Below are positions 37,539-47,361 of a stretch of DNA of 64,000 nucleotides, piece after piece; positions within the stretch are counted from its first letter, which is position 1, and each line of letters starts with the position of its first letter. This DNA is from an uncultured Gemmatimonadales bacterium (lineage in GTDB: Bacteria; Gemmatimonadota; Gemmatimonadetes; Longimicrobiales; RSA9). Under the pieces are notes generated by a model. The model saw only the letters and a list, made by a program, of their open reading frames with translations, searched no databases and was not told the DNA's origin. Location of the stretch: contig CAVUKA010000001.1 of NCBI GenBank assembly GCA_963741945.1, forward strand, positions 1,024,001-1,088,000, given 5' to 3'. The translations under genes were made by a program, and so were the position numbers.

Positions 37539-39677
37539 ATGTTTACGCGCGCAAAAGGCCGGCTGCTGCTCCCGGCGCTGCTCCTCCTTGCGGCCCCGGC
37601 CGCCGCCCAGACGGTGGAGATCGACACGATCCCCGGGCGCTTCGACTTCGGGAAGATGTGGACGTACGAATACCCGCCCATGCAGTACTTCACGGAGACG
37701 TACGGCTTCCAGGCGGACCAGGCGTGGTTCGACCGCGTGCGAATGAGCGTGCTGCGGATCCCCGGGTGCTCGGCCTCGTTCGTTTCCCCGAACGGGCTCG
37801 TCGCGACGAACCATCACTGCGTCCGCGGGCGGCTGCAGTCGGTCCAGCGGGATGGGGAGTCGCTGCTGGACAATGGCTTCTACGCCCGTACGCTGGACGA
37901 GGAACGTCGCATACCGGGGTACTACGCGGACCGGCTGATCGCAGCGCGGGACGTGAGCGACGCGGTGCTTTCGGCCGTGGACGCCGCGGCAGGCACCGAG
38001 GCGAAAGCGGCCGCCCGGGATTCGGCCGTGGCCCGGGTCCGGCGCGACCTGCAGCAGGAGTTCGGCGACGTGCACGTGGAAGTGCGGGCGCTGTATCACG
38101 GAGGCCGCTACTCCGCGTATGTGTTCCGCCGCTTCACGGACGTCCGGCTGGTGGCGGCGGTGGAGCTCCAGATGGGCTTCTTCGGCGGCGACGCGGACAA
38201 CTTCACGTACCCGCGCTACGCCCTCGATTTCGCGTTCCTGCGCGTCTACGACGATGACGGCAGGCCGTTCCAGAGCGAGCAGCACCTGGGCTGGAGTCTG
38301 GACGGCGTGGAGGAAGGAAGCACGGTCTTCGTGGTGGGCAATCCCGGGCCCACGAGCCGGCTCCTGACCATGGCGCAGCTGGGATTCAGCCGCGACGTGG
38401 TGACGCCGTTCACCGTTCGCGCGCTGAACGAGCGGCTGGATGCGATGCACGCGTTCTACGAGGCCGAGCCGGGGCTGGGCGAGGCGATGGACCTGCGCAA
38501 TGTCATGTTCGGACTGAGCAACTCGCTGAAAGCGTACGCGGGCCGGCTGGATGCGCTCCGGACGCCGGAGATCATGGCGCGGAAGCGGCTCGCCGAGGAG
38601 CGGTTCCTGGATTCCATCGCGACGGACCCCGAGCTGAGCCGGCAGTTCGGCGACGTGGTGGACCGGATCGCCGCGCTGCAGGCGGAGAAGCGGGAGCTGG
38701 CCACTTCGTACGGCGCGTTCCGTCTCTTCGGTAGCCCGCGCGCCTCTTCGGCCATGCTGCTGCGCGCGCTCTACGTCGCGCAGATGCTGCAGGCCCGGGC
38801 TGCGGGAAACGGCGAGCAGGCGGCGGTGCTTCAGCGGCGGGCGCTGGAAGTGGAGGACCTGCCGGCACAGTTGGAGCACGCGCTCCTGTCGCTGCGACTC
38901 CAGGATTTCCAGCACTACTTCGGGGCGGATGACCCGCTCACGCACCAGGCGCTCCAGGAGCTGACGCCGGCCGAGGCCGCCACCGCGCTCCTGGAAGGGA
39001 GCCAGCTTTCGGACAGGGCCACGGCGGCCACGCTGGTGGAGTCGGGCGACCCCGCCGCGGACCCGGCGGTGCAGCTCGCGATGGCGGTTCTGCCCCGCTT
39101 CGACGCATACCAGGAGGGGTGGCGCCAGGTGTCGGAGCGCGAGGACGAGCTGGCCGCGGAGCTGGGGCGGGCGCGCTTCGAAGTGTACGGGACGAGCGTG
39201 CCGCCGGACGCGACGTCGTCGCCCCGGATCACCGATGGGGTGGTTCGGCCCTACGAGTACAACGGCACGATCGCTCCGGTCTACACCACGTTCTACGGCA
39301 TGTACGACCACTACTGGTCGTACGGGCAGAACTCGGACTGGGCCCTCCCCTCCCGCTGGCTGCCGCCGCCCGCGGGACTGGACCTGAACACGCCGCTCGA
39401 CTTCATTTCGACCGCCGACACCTACGGCGGCAACTCGGGCTCTCCGGCGATCACGCCGGCCGTGGAGATGGTGGGGCTGAACTTCGACCGCAACATCGAG
39501 GGGCTCTCCCGCGACTTCATCTACCTGCCCCAGCGGGGCCGCAACATCATGGTGGACGTGCGCGCCATCACCGAAGCGCTGGACGACGTCTACGATGCGG
39601 ACCGGATCGTGGAAGAGCTGATCACGGGGAAGCTGGTCCCACGGGAGAAGGATGCGAACGAAGCCATCCGGCGATAG
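37539..39677 (+). CDS. S46 dipeptidyl-peptidase (DPP7/11 family)
   Basis: GKMWT, CSASFVS..GLVATNHHC, DNFTYPR, GGNSGSP, FDRN. Confidence 0.9.
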   Translation: MFTRAKGRLLLPALLLLAAPAAAQTVEIDTIPGRFDFGKMWTYEYPPMQYFTETYGFQADQAWFDRVRMSVLRIPGCSASFVSPNGLVATNHHCVRGRLQSVQRDGESLLDNGFYARTLDEERRIPGYYADRLIAARDVSDAVLSAVDAAAGTEAKAAARDSAVARVRRDLQQEFGDVHVEVRALYHGGRYSAYVFRRFTDVRLVAAVELQMGFFGGDADNFTYPRYALDFAFLRVYDDDGRPFQSEQHLGWSLDGVEEGSTVFVVGNPGPTSRLLTMAQLGFSRDVVTPFTVRALNERLDAMHAFYEAEPGLGEAMDLRNVMFGLSNSLKAYAGRLDALRTPEIMARKRLAEERFLDSIATDPELSRQFGDVVDRIAALQAEKRELATSYGAFRLFGSPRASSAMLLRALYVAQMLQARAAGNGEQAAVLQRRALEVEDLPAQLEHALLSLRLQDFQHYFGADDPLTHQALQELTPAEAATALLEGSQLSDRATAATLVESGDPAADPAVQLAMAVLPRFDAYQEGWRQVSEREDELAAELGRARFEVYGTSVPPDATSSPRITDGVVRPYEYNGTIAPVYTTFYGMYDHYWSYGQNSDWALPSRWLPPPAGLDLNTPLDFISTADTYGGNSGSPAITPAVEMVGLNFDRNIEGLSRDFIYLPQRGRNIMVDVRAITEALDDVYDADRIVEELITGKLVPREKDANEAIRR

Positions 39678-40650
39678 CCCGGCGGAGGTCGCCGCCGGAC
39701 CGAAGCGGACGCCGCCGCCCGGTCTCGGGCGCGCGGCGCCGTACCCGGAGGCTGGCGGCTCGCGCGCCGGGCGGTGGCTCGTGGGCGGTTGGCTGGTGGC
39801 GACGGCTGTGGTTCTGTCGCTTCCCGGTCCGAACCATCCGCTCCGGCTGGCGCTGGTGGTGCTCCACCTGGCGCTGGCACACCTGCTGTTCGAGCGTCCG
39901 TTCCCGGGCGGCGCGGCCCTGACCGGCAATCGGTCTTCCGCTGCGGTCGCGGACTGGGCGCCGCTCCTCATCGCTCCGATCTTCTACTGGGAGGCGCCGC
40001 TCCTCGCCAGCGTTCTGCACGGGCCGCTCGTCTTCGATGCCGTGGTCGAGCATTGGGACCAGGTGCTGTTCCATACCCAGCCGAGCCAGTGGCTGACTGC
40101 GACGTGGCCGTCGCCCTGGATTTCGGAGCCGCTGCACGCCGCCTACCTGTCGTATTACCTGTTCGTCGCGCTGCCGCCGCTCGCCCTCTACTTCTCCGGG
40201 CGCCTGGAGGGGTTCCGACGCGTCGGCTTCACCCTCGCCCTCGCCTTCATCATCCATTCGGCCATATTCGCGATCTTCCCGGTCCTCGGTCCGCGATACC
40301 TGTTCCCCGCGCCGCAGGGACCGCTGGACAGGGGCCTATTCTATCAACTCGCGCACCGGCTGCTCGAAGCGGCATCCAGCCCCGGGACGGCATTCCCGTC
40401 CAGCCACGTGGGACTGGCCGCCGCCATCACCGTCTCGCTGCACCGGGAGATGCCCAGGATCACACCCTGGGCCGCCGCCCTCGCCGCGGCTCTCGCCCTC
40501 GGCACCGTCTATGGCGGCTTCCATTACGGCGCGGACGCGCTGGCCGGCGCAGTCCTCGGTACCACGCTCGGGGTGGTGGCCCCCTCACTGAGGGACCTGC
40601 TGTCCGGCGTCAGCGTGCCAGTTCCGCACTCGCCGCCCGTGCGCCCCTGA
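39652..40650 (+). CDS. PAP2-family membrane phosphatase/phosphotransferase
   Basis: TM segments, GPRY, AFPSSH, HYGAD; start uncertain. Confidence 0.75.
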   Translation: MRTKPSGDSPAEVAAGPKRTPPPGLGRAAPYPEAGGSRAGRWLVGGWLVATAVVLSLPGPNHPLRLALVVLHLALAHLLFERPFPGGAALTGNRSSAAVADWAPLLIAPIFYWEAPLLASVLHGPLVFDAVVEHWDQVLFHTQPSQWLTATWPSPWISEPLHAAYLSYYLFVALPPLALYFSGRLEGFRRVGFTLALAFIIHSAIFAIFPVLGPRYLFPAPQGPLDRGLFYQLAHRLLEAASSPGTAFPSSHVGLAAAITVSLHREMPRITPWAAALAAALALGTVYGGFHYGADALAGAVLGTTLGVVAPSLRDLLSGVSVPVPHSPPVRP

Positions 40651-41083
40651 GGGCCACCGCATCTTCGACGAGCGCCAGCGTAATCCCGCTCAGGCCCACC
40701 CCGCCGACGCGCGTGCGCAACACCCAGCCCGCGAACGCGGCCGCGACGGCAGCGCCCGAGCCAATGGCGGCGCCGAGCGCCCGCGCTTCCTCGCCCCCGG
40801 CCAGCGCCCCGAGCGTGCCCCCGATGGCTGCACGCCCGAGCAGTGGGCCCGGGGTGATCCGGCCGGGGACCCCCGGAAGCTTGTCCACCAGCAGCTCCCC
40901 GGCGGCGCAAACCGCGAGCGTGGTGGCGACGGTGTCGCGGGCCAGCCACCGCTCGAGGCGAGTCCAGCGCCGGCGTGGCCGACGACGCGAGGCCAGCTGC
41001 CGGGCGGTCCACGCCAGCCCGCTCATGCTCCGCAGCCCCGTCACCGCTCCGAGCGCTGCGGCCGTGGTCAACGAACGATCCAT
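40610..41083 (-). CDS. DUF4126-like membrane protein
   Basis: GGAGG RBS, GLRSMS, GELLVDKLPGVPGRI, EDAVA. Confidence 0.7.
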   Translation of the reverse strand: MDRSLTTAAALGAVTGLRSMSGLAWTARQLASRRRPRRRWTRLERWLARDTVATTLAVCAAGELLVDKLPGVPGRITPGPLLGRAAIGGTLGALAGGEEARALGAAIGSGAAVAAAFAGWVLRTRVGGVGLSGITLALVEDAVALRGARAASAELAR

Positions 41084-41138
41084 GAATCCTCCGTATTCTC
41101 GGGTTCCCCTGGGCGAACCCCGTTGCGATCTTCCTGCC

Positions 41139-41567
41139 ATGCTCGACGAGTATCCCCACCCGCCCACCCGTGTGATGCTCGCCCGCGCACTCCGGCGCCG
41201 TTGTCCGCTGTGCGGCTCGGAAGGGCTGTTCCGGGGGTGGGTGGACCCGCGGCATGAATGCCCGCGGTGTGAGCTGAAGCTGAATCGCGGCGAGGGGGAC
41301 TTCTTCCTCGGGGCGTACACGCTCAACTTCATCGCCGTGGAGCTTCTCCTGGTGGTGTTCCTCGGCCTGGGCGTGATCTTCACCTGGCCGGACGTACCAT
41401 GGCAATGGCTGGCGTGGATCGGCGTGCCGCTCATGGTTCTCGCTCCCATCGCCTTCTACCCGCTCTCCCGCCTGATCTGGCTGGCCCTGGACCTCTCCAT
41501 GCGCCCGCCCACACCCAGGGACTTCCCCGAGCCCGGGCTGCCGCACGACGACGACCGGATCTCCTGA
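41139..41567 (+). CDS. DUF983-like Zn-finger membrane protein
   Basis: RRCPLCG...CPRC, EGDFFLGA, two TM helices, WLALDL. Confidence 0.75.
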   Translation: MLDEYPHPPTRVMLARALRRRCPLCGSEGLFRGWVDPRHECPRCELKLNRGEGDFFLGAYTLNFIAVELLLVVFLGLGVIFTWPDVPWQWLAWIGVPLMVLAPIAFYPLSRLIWLALDLSMRPPTPRDFPEPGLPHDDDRIS

Positions 41568-41691
41568 GCCGCCGAAGCCGCGGCGATGGGGCCCGCGCCT
41601 GGACGCGCGGGCGGAACAGTTCCTGCCCTGACCACTTCCCGTCCCTGGCCACGCCTGTGGCCGCAGGCGGAACCGACAGCGGGAGCATGAC

Positions 41692-42534
41692 ATGGGAAGC
41701 GCCGACATTGCGCCCGGGGGCGCCGAAGCGCAGGCCCGGCAGGCCAGAGAAGCCGCGGCACCCTGGGTCGAGCGATTGGCTCGCCTCGGGTACGGCGCGA
41801 AAGGGTTCGTGTACCTCCTGGTCGGAGCACTGGCGGTGGGGGTCGCCTGGCAGGGGGGCGGGAACGCCCCGGGCTCGCACGGCGCGCTGGAATGGCTCGA
41901 TGGCTCGGGATGGGGCCGGGTGCTCCTCGGCCTGGTCGCCCTCGGCCTGCTCGGCTACGTGGTCTGGCAGGCTTTCCGGTTGATCGCCAACCCGGAAAAC
42001 GATAGCGCGGGAAAGCGCGCCTTCTACGGCATCACCGGCGCCATCTACGCGGGGCTCGGTCTCGAAGCGGCCCGTCTCGCCATCGACAGCGGCGCCAGCT
42101 CGGGGTCCGGGAGCGGTGGGGGCGGTGCCCGGCACTGGTCGGCCGAGATCCTGTCCGCCCCGGGCGGGCGCTGGATCCTGCTCGGCGTCGGCGTGATCAT
42201 CATCCTCTACGGAGCTCAGCAGCTGTGGTCCAGCTGGCGAGTGGACCTGGACGACCAGCTGTCGCTGGGAGCACTGTCCGCCCGCGCCCGCCGCTGGGTG
42301 GTCCGCATCAGCCGCTTCGGCCTGGCCGCGCGCGGAGTGGTCCTGGGCATCATCGGCGCCTTTTTCGTGATCGCCGGGGTCCGGACCAGCCCGTCCCAGG
42401 CCCGGGGACTGAATGGCGCTCTGGACCTGCTGGCAGGCCTCCCGTGGCTCCTCGGCGTCGTGGCCGCCGGGCTGGCGGCGTACGGAGTGTACAACCTGGT
42501 GCGCGCCCGGTTCCGGGTGATCCGGGCCGGCTGA
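41692..42534 (+). CDS. DUF1206 membrane protein
   Basis: LARLGYGAKGFVY, GLAARGVV, GLNGAL repeats. Confidence 0.85.
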   Translation: MGSADIAPGGAEAQARQAREAAAPWVERLARLGYGAKGFVYLLVGALAVGVAWQGGGNAPGSHGALEWLDGSGWGRVLLGLVALGLLGYVVWQAFRLIANPENDSAGKRAFYGITGAIYAGLGLEAARLAIDSGASSGSGSGGGGARHWSAEILSAPGGRWILLGVGVIIILYGAQQLWSSWRVDLDDQLSLGALSARARRWVVRISRFGLAARGVVLGIIGAFFVIAGVRTSPSQARGLNGALDLLAGLPWLLGVVAAGLAAYGVYNLVRARFRVIRAG

Positions 42535-42637
42535 GGGGGAGCGCGGCTCGGCCGCCTTGACCCGGGCGCATGGGCGCGTGTAGCGTTCATGCGTCCCCCG
42601 GGCGCGCCGGAATGCGGAGCGGCGGGGTCGACCCACC

Positions 42638-43642
42638 ATGCGAATCCTCTACGCCGCCCCCGTGCTGATGGCCGCCCTCGCGGTCAATGGAAGCGCCGCT
42701 GCCCGCGCGCAATGCCCGGACCCGACCCTGGCGGGGCGGGTGACCGCCGATGCCGCGCCGGTGGAGGGGGCGGACGTGGTGGCGTACTGGCTCGCCCCGG
42801 ACTCGACGCGTGCGGAGATCCGGCTGACCACGGACGGCACGGGGAGATTCCGCTACTGCGGGCGCCTCCCGGCGTCCAGGTTCCTTTTGCGCGCGCACCT
42901 GCGCGACCGGACCAGTGCCCCTGTGCGGCTGGGGCCGCCCGGTGATGCACCGCTGCGCGCCGATCTCGCGCTCGACCGTCGCTCCGTGCCGTTCCTTCCG
43001 GGATACATCACCAATGCATCCTCCGGTAAGCCCGTGGAGGGCGCACTGGTGCGCGTGCGCGAGGCGGATGGCTGGGCACTGAGCGCGAAGGACGGGAGCT
43101 TCGCGCTCCATGACGTGGAGATCGGGCGTCGCACGCTCGTGGTGAGCCACATCTCGTTCGGCGCCCTGGCCCACGACTTCCTGGTGGGTGCGTCGGAGAA
43201 CCAGCTCGTGGATGTCCGGGTGGACCCGAAGCCGCTGGTCCTGGAGCCGCTGACGGTCACCGTCGCCCGTCGCTTCACCACCCCCGGAATGGCCGCGTTC
43301 TACGACCGGATGGAAAAGGGGACGGGGTACTTCGTCGATCGCGAGGACATCCAGCGGACTTCGCCCTCGAGCATGCTGGACCTGGTCCGCGGGATTCCGG
43401 GGATCCGCTACTACTGCGAGCGCGGTGAGTGCGCCCTGATGGTGAATCGGGCCGCTGCGTGCGACATGATGCTGTTCGTGGACGGATCGCCGTGGGACAT
43501 CCGCGCCCTTCAGGTGTTCGACCCCAGAGACGTCGAAGGCGTGGAGGTCTACCTCCACGTGGGCCAGATCCCCAGCCGCTACCGCGGCGCGGGGGCCGAA
43601 TGCGGGATCGTCGGGATCTGGCTGCGCCCCCGGCGGCCGTAG
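42638..43642 (+). CDS. Secreted protein with carboxypeptidase-regulatory-like domains and TonB plug-like C-terminus
   Basis: Signal peptide, two PVEGA..V domains, FYDRM..GTGYF, DVEGVEVY...CGIVGIW. Confidence 0.7.
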   Translation: MRILYAAPVLMAALAVNGSAAARAQCPDPTLAGRVTADAAPVEGADVVAYWLAPDSTRAEIRLTTDGTGRFRYCGRLPASRFLLRAHLRDRTSAPVRLGPPGDAPLRADLALDRRSVPFLPGYITNASSGKPVEGALVRVREADGWALSAKDGSFALHDVEIGRRTLVVSHISFGALAHDFLVGASENQLVDVRVDPKPLVLEPLTVTVARRFTTPGMAAFYDRMEKGTGYFVDREDIQRTSPSSMLDLVRGIPGIRYYCERGECALMVNRAAACDMMLFVDGSPWDIRALQVFDPRDVEGVEVYLHVGQIPSRYRGAGAECGIVGIWLRPRRP

Positions 43643-43709
43643 GGTCCGCCAAGGTGCCAACGATCCGGCAGGTCTTCAGCCCGCGTTTCAGAGGCCGGCC
43701 GCTCCCGGA

Positions 43710-44708
43710 TCACCAGCGGATCGCCGCGCTCGCCCAGGTGAACCCGCTCCCGAACGCGGTGAGCATCAGCAGGTCACCACGGTTCAGCCGCCCCATCTGC
43801 ACCGACTCGGCGATGCAGATGGGGATGGTGCCCGCCGTCGTGTTCCCGTAGCGCTGGATGTTGCTGAACACCTTCTCCGGCGGAATCCCCAGTCCCTTCC
43901 CCACCGCCTCGGTGATCCGCTGGTTCGCCTGGTGCGGGATCAGGAGGTCGATGTCCTCCACCGCGAGATCGTTCGCCTCCAGCGCCGCTCGCACCGACTG
44001 CGGCATCCGCACCACCGCGTGCTTGAACACTTCCCGCCCTTCCATGCGCGCGTAGTGCCGCCCCTCGTCCAGGTCTTCGTGGGTGATGCGCGGGAACCGG
44101 GCGGAAGCGCCCGACTCGCACCACAGCTTCTCCGCGAACCGACCGTCCGCCCACAGGTGCGTGGAGAGGATGCCCCGGTCCGGATCGTCGGTCGGGCCCA
44201 GGATCACGGCGCCCGCGCCATCACCGAAAAGCACGCTCAGGTCGCGGCCCTCGGGGCCGAAATCCATGCCCGTGGAATGCACTTCCGCGCCCACCAGCAG
44301 GATGCGGCGATACTGTCCCGTGCGGATCCACGCATCGGCCACGGAGAGGCCGTAGATGAAGCCGCTGCACTGGTTGCGCACGTCGAGGGCCGGAATGCCC
44401 CGGGCGCCCAGCTTCCGCTGCAGGAAGACGCCGCCGCCCGGGAAGAAGTAGTCCGGTGAGAGCGTCGCGTAGACGATGCAGTCGAGCTCGGAAGCGTCCA
44501 TGGAAGCGGCTTCCAGCGCGCGCTCCGTGGCCTTGAGCGCCAGGTCCGAGCCCGCCTCCTTGCCCGGCTCCACCCAGTGTCGCTCCTCGATCCCCGTCCG
44601 CTCCCGGATCCACTCGTCGGACGTGTCCCACCATCGCGTCAGCTCTTCGTTCCTGAAAACCCGCTCCGGAACGTGGAAACCCGCGCTGATGAATTCGGTC
44701 CTCGGCAT
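43710..44708 (-). CDS. fabH: 3-oxoacyl-ACP synthase III
   Basis: TSDEWIRERTGI, NQCSGF, LFGDGAGA, PHQAN, YGNT, FGSGFTW. Confidence 0.9.
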   Translation of the reverse strand: MPRTEFISAGFHVPERVFRNEELTRWWDTSDEWIRERTGIEERHWVEPGKEAGSDLALKATERALEAASMDASELDCIVYATLSPDYFFPGGGVFLQRKLGARGIPALDVRNQCSGFIYGLSVADAWIRTGQYRRILLVGAEVHSTGMDFGPEGRDLSVLFGDGAGAVILGPTDDPDRGILSTHLWADGRFAEKLWCESGASARFPRITHEDLDEGRHYARMEGREVFKHAVVRMPQSVRAALEANDLAVEDIDLLIPHQANQRITEAVGKGLGIPPEKVFSNIQRYGNTTAGTIPICIAESVQMGRLNRGDLLMLTAFGSGFTWASAAIRW

Positions 44709-44802
44709 CGTCGCCTCGCTGCTGGAAGTGGCCCCCGGGATATGGTTCGGCAATCCCATGATGCTACGGCGACGGCCGGTCCGGCAACCTCATCCGGCGG
44801 CG

Positions 44803-44818
44803 TGGCACCCGGCTTGCT
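44803..44818 (+). promoter_or_regulatory. Sigma54 promoter of PRC-barrel operon
   Basis: TGGCACCCGGCTTGCT, near-perfect consensus, about 40 bp upstream of ATG 44857. Confidence 0.85.
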
Positions 44819-44856
44819 CCTCTTTCCCGGCAGGCGGCACCAGAACAGGAGGAACG

Positions 44857-45777
44857 ATGGCACTGAGACCGATCTCGCGCGTGTCCGACTACGCGTTCCC
44901 GGACGGGGCGTGGGACGTGCGCGGGTGGCGCGTCCGGACGGGCGAGGACGCCGAAAAGGTGGGCAAGGTCGACGACATGCTCCTCGACGGGAGCGGCGCC
45001 CTCCGATACCTCGATGTGGATCTCGGGCTTCTGAAGAAGCACATCCTCGTGCCCCTGGAGCACGCCCGCGCGGACGCCGAAGAGAAGACCGTGTGGGTGG
45101 ATGGGCTCACGCAGGAGCAGCTCGAGGAGGTGCCGGAGTACGCGCTGGAACCCGAGGCGCTCGACACCGACTTCGAGCGCCGCCTGGACGCGGTGTACGG
45201 CGGCAGCTCCGCCCGGGCCCACCGCGACCTGGTCGCTCCGGAGGACCACCCGGATGGCAACCTGGACCTGCGCCGCATGGCGGACCTGGAGAAGGACTAC
45301 CGCGTGGCGGGCGAGGACCCGCGCGGCTGGACCGTGGTGGCCGCGGACGGGAACCACATCGGCCGGGTCGCGGGGCTGCTCATGGACCCGTCGGAGATGC
45401 GCGCCCGCTTCCTGGACGTGGCGGTGGATGAGGAGAAGCTCGACCTGGAGCCCGTGGATCGGCACATCCTGCTCCCGGTTGACCGCATCCGGCTGGCGCG
45501 GAGCAAGAAGCGCGTCATCGTGGGCGGCCTCCTCGCGGGGGACCTGGCGGATTACCCGCAGTACGGCGGTCTTCCCGTGAGCCGACGCACCGAGCCCGAG
45601 CTGAACGCGATCTTCGCCCGCGCCGGGATGGCCGACACGGCCGGCGCTGGCGGCGCCGGGCGAGAGGAGGCGGACGCGCGCGAGCTCCCCGACTGGCGGA
45701 CCACCGCGCTTCAGCGATTCTATGGGCCGGCTGCCCGCCCGCGCACCCGAACCACGGAGGAGGAGCGACATGGCTGA
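44857..45777 (+). CDS. Tandem PRC-barrel domain protein
   Basis: Two repeats D.RGW.V...DG...G.V..LL.D....RYLDV; AGGAGG RBS. Confidence 0.85.
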   Translation: MALRPISRVSDYAFPDGAWDVRGWRVRTGEDAEKVGKVDDMLLDGSGALRYLDVDLGLLKKHILVPLEHARADAEEKTVWVDGLTQEQLEEVPEYALEPEALDTDFERRLDAVYGGSSARAHRDLVAPEDHPDGNLDLRRMADLEKDYRVAGEDPRGWTVVAADGNHIGRVAGLLMDPSEMRARFLDVAVDEEKLDLEPVDRHILLPVDRIRLARSKKRVIVGGLLAGDLADYPQYGGLPVSRRTEPELNAIFARAGMADTAGAGGAGREEADARELPDWRTTALQRFYGPAARPRTRTTEEERHG

Positions 45778-46072
45778 GATCGAGATGGAGCGGCGCCCGC
45801 GTCGCCACGTCTGGCGATGGGTGGTGATCGCCCTGGTGATCGTGGCAGTGGGGGTCGGGGCGTGGATTCTCTGGGGCGGCTCGGACCGCTACGGCAGCGC
45901 GACTCCGGCCGCCGAGACCACTACCGCGCCCGCCACCGGAACGGCCAACCCCGGGGCTGAAGGGGCAGCGGTCGGACCCGGAACGCAGCCGGCGACCGGA
46001 CCACGGACGCCGCCGACCGGGCAGATCCAGGACACGCCGTCCCGGGAGATGGGGGGCATTCCGAAGCCGTAG
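45770..46072 (+). CDS. Small single-TM protein with Pro/Thr-rich tail
   Basis: GGAGGAG RBS, MAEIEMERRPRRHVWRWVVIAL; overlaps upstream stop. Confidence 0.7.
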   Translation: MAEIEMERRPRRHVWRWVVIALVIVAVGVGAWILWGGSDRYGSATPAAETTTAPATGTANPGAEGAAVGPGTQPATGPRTPPTGQIQDTPSREMGGIPKP

Positions 46073-46075
46073 CCG

Positions 46076-47098
46076 TCAGGTGGGAGTCACCACGCTCCGG
46101 ATGGATGCCCCGCTGCGCAGGAAGTCGAACGCGTCGTCGATCTCGTCCAGGGTGAAGCGGCGGTTCACCAGTTCGGTGACCCTGACACGGCCCTGGCGCA
46201 CGAGATCGATGACGCGCGGGTAGTCCACCGGCCGGCACCCCAGCGATCCCACGATCTCGAGCTCCCGGAACATGACCCGGCCGGCGTTGAGCTCCATGGC
46301 TTTCGGGCTGTAGCCCACGAAGACCACGCGCCCGCCGGTCTTCACCGCGTCCACGGCCAGCGCCTGCGTGTCGGGGCGACCCACGGCCTCGAACGCCACG
46401 TCGGCGCCGCCATCCGTGAGCGCGCGGAGCGCCTTGTCCGGGCGCTCCACGCTGTTCGGGTTCAGCGTGGCCTCCGCGCCCAGGCGCTCGGCCCACGCCA
46501 GCTTCTCGGGCGACACGTCCACGCCCACGACGCGGGCGCCCACCACGGCGGCCATCTGCACGACGTTCAGTCCGACCCCGCCACACCCCACCACCACCAC
46601 CCGGTCACCCGGCCGGACGCGGCCGCGGTTCATCACCGCGTGGAACGGGGTGGTGAGGGCGTCGGCGATGATGGAGCCCTCCACGAGCGGGATCTCGTCC
46701 GGGAGTCGGAACACGTCCCGTGCGGGGACGGCGACGTACTCGGCGTACCCTCCGTCGATGTTGTTGCCCAGCATGATCCCGTTCCGGCAGATGTTCTCGC
46801 GGCCCGTCCGGCATGCATCGCAGTGGCCGCACGACAGCACCGCCGGGAGGAGCACGTGATCGCCCTCCAGCAGCCGCCCCGTCGGGTCGGGGCTGGCCAG
46901 CGTGCCCGCGATCTCGTGGCCGAGCACCATCGGCGGATTCTTGAAGGTGGGCGTGCCGTGGTCGAGGTAGTGGAGGTCGGTGTGGCACACCCCGCAGGCC
47001 GCCACCTTCACGAGCACCTCGCCGGCGCCCGGCTCCGGCACGGGGATGTCCTCGATGGTGAGCGGGCGGTTGGCGCCATGGAAGAGAGCGGCCTTCAT
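46076..47098 (-). CDS. had: 6-hydroxycyclohex-1-ene-1-carbonyl-CoA dehydrogenase (Zn-dependent MDR)
   Basis: CGVCHTDL, GHE, CGHCDAC..GRENIC, ADALTTPF, LGCRPVDYP; last gene of the bcr operon. Confidence 0.8.
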   Translation of the reverse strand: MKAALFHGANRPLTIEDIPVPEPGAGEVLVKVAACGVCHTDLHYLDHGTPTFKNPPMVLGHEIAGTLASPDPTGRLLEGDHVLLPAVLSCGHCDACRTGRENICRNGIMLGNNIDGGYAEYVAVPARDVFRLPDEIPLVEGSIIADALTTPFHAVMNRGRVRPGDRVVVVGCGGVGLNVVQMAAVVGARVVGVDVSPEKLAWAERLGAEATLNPNSVERPDKALRALTDGGADVAFEAVGRPDTQALAVDAVKTGGRVVFVGYSPKAMELNAGRVMFRELEIVGSLGCRPVDYPRVIDLVRQGRVRVTELVNRRFTLDEIDDAFDFLRSGASIRSVVTPT

Positions 47099-47361
47099 CG
47101 GGGCATCCTCGTGTAGACAACGCGAAAGAGGGAGAGGGCGAGCGTGCACCCGGCGCACTCGTGCGCCAGGTCATCGTCCTCCAGGGGCTCGAGCAGCACC
47201 TCCCGACCCACCGAGCGGTAGAGCGCCGCCATCTCCCCAAGACGGGGCGGGGCGCCGATGAAGCGTCGCGTCCAGCCGGCCCGCGCCAGGACCTCGTCGC
47301 GCTCCCGGACGCGCGCGCTGGCGGCCGGCCCGATGTCGAGCGCGGGCACCGGCGCGCTCAC
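47095..47361 (-). CDS. Small conserved-looking CxxC protein within the bcr operon
   Basis: 88 aa, GWTRRFIGAPPRLGEMAALYRSVGREV...ECAGC...FRVVYTR; coupled on both sides (GTGA and ATGA overlaps). Confidence 0.7.
   Translation of the reverse strand: MSAPVPALDIGPAASARVRERDEVLARAGWTRRFIGAPPRLGEMAALYRSVGREVLLEPLEDDDLAHECAGCTLALSLFRVVYTRMPR

Noticed and set aside
44857-45777. Photosynthetic reaction centre H subunit (puhA), implying phototrophy
   Set aside because: No N-terminal TM helix, tandem barrels, and no puf/bch genes nearby; PRC barrels are widespread in non-phototrophs
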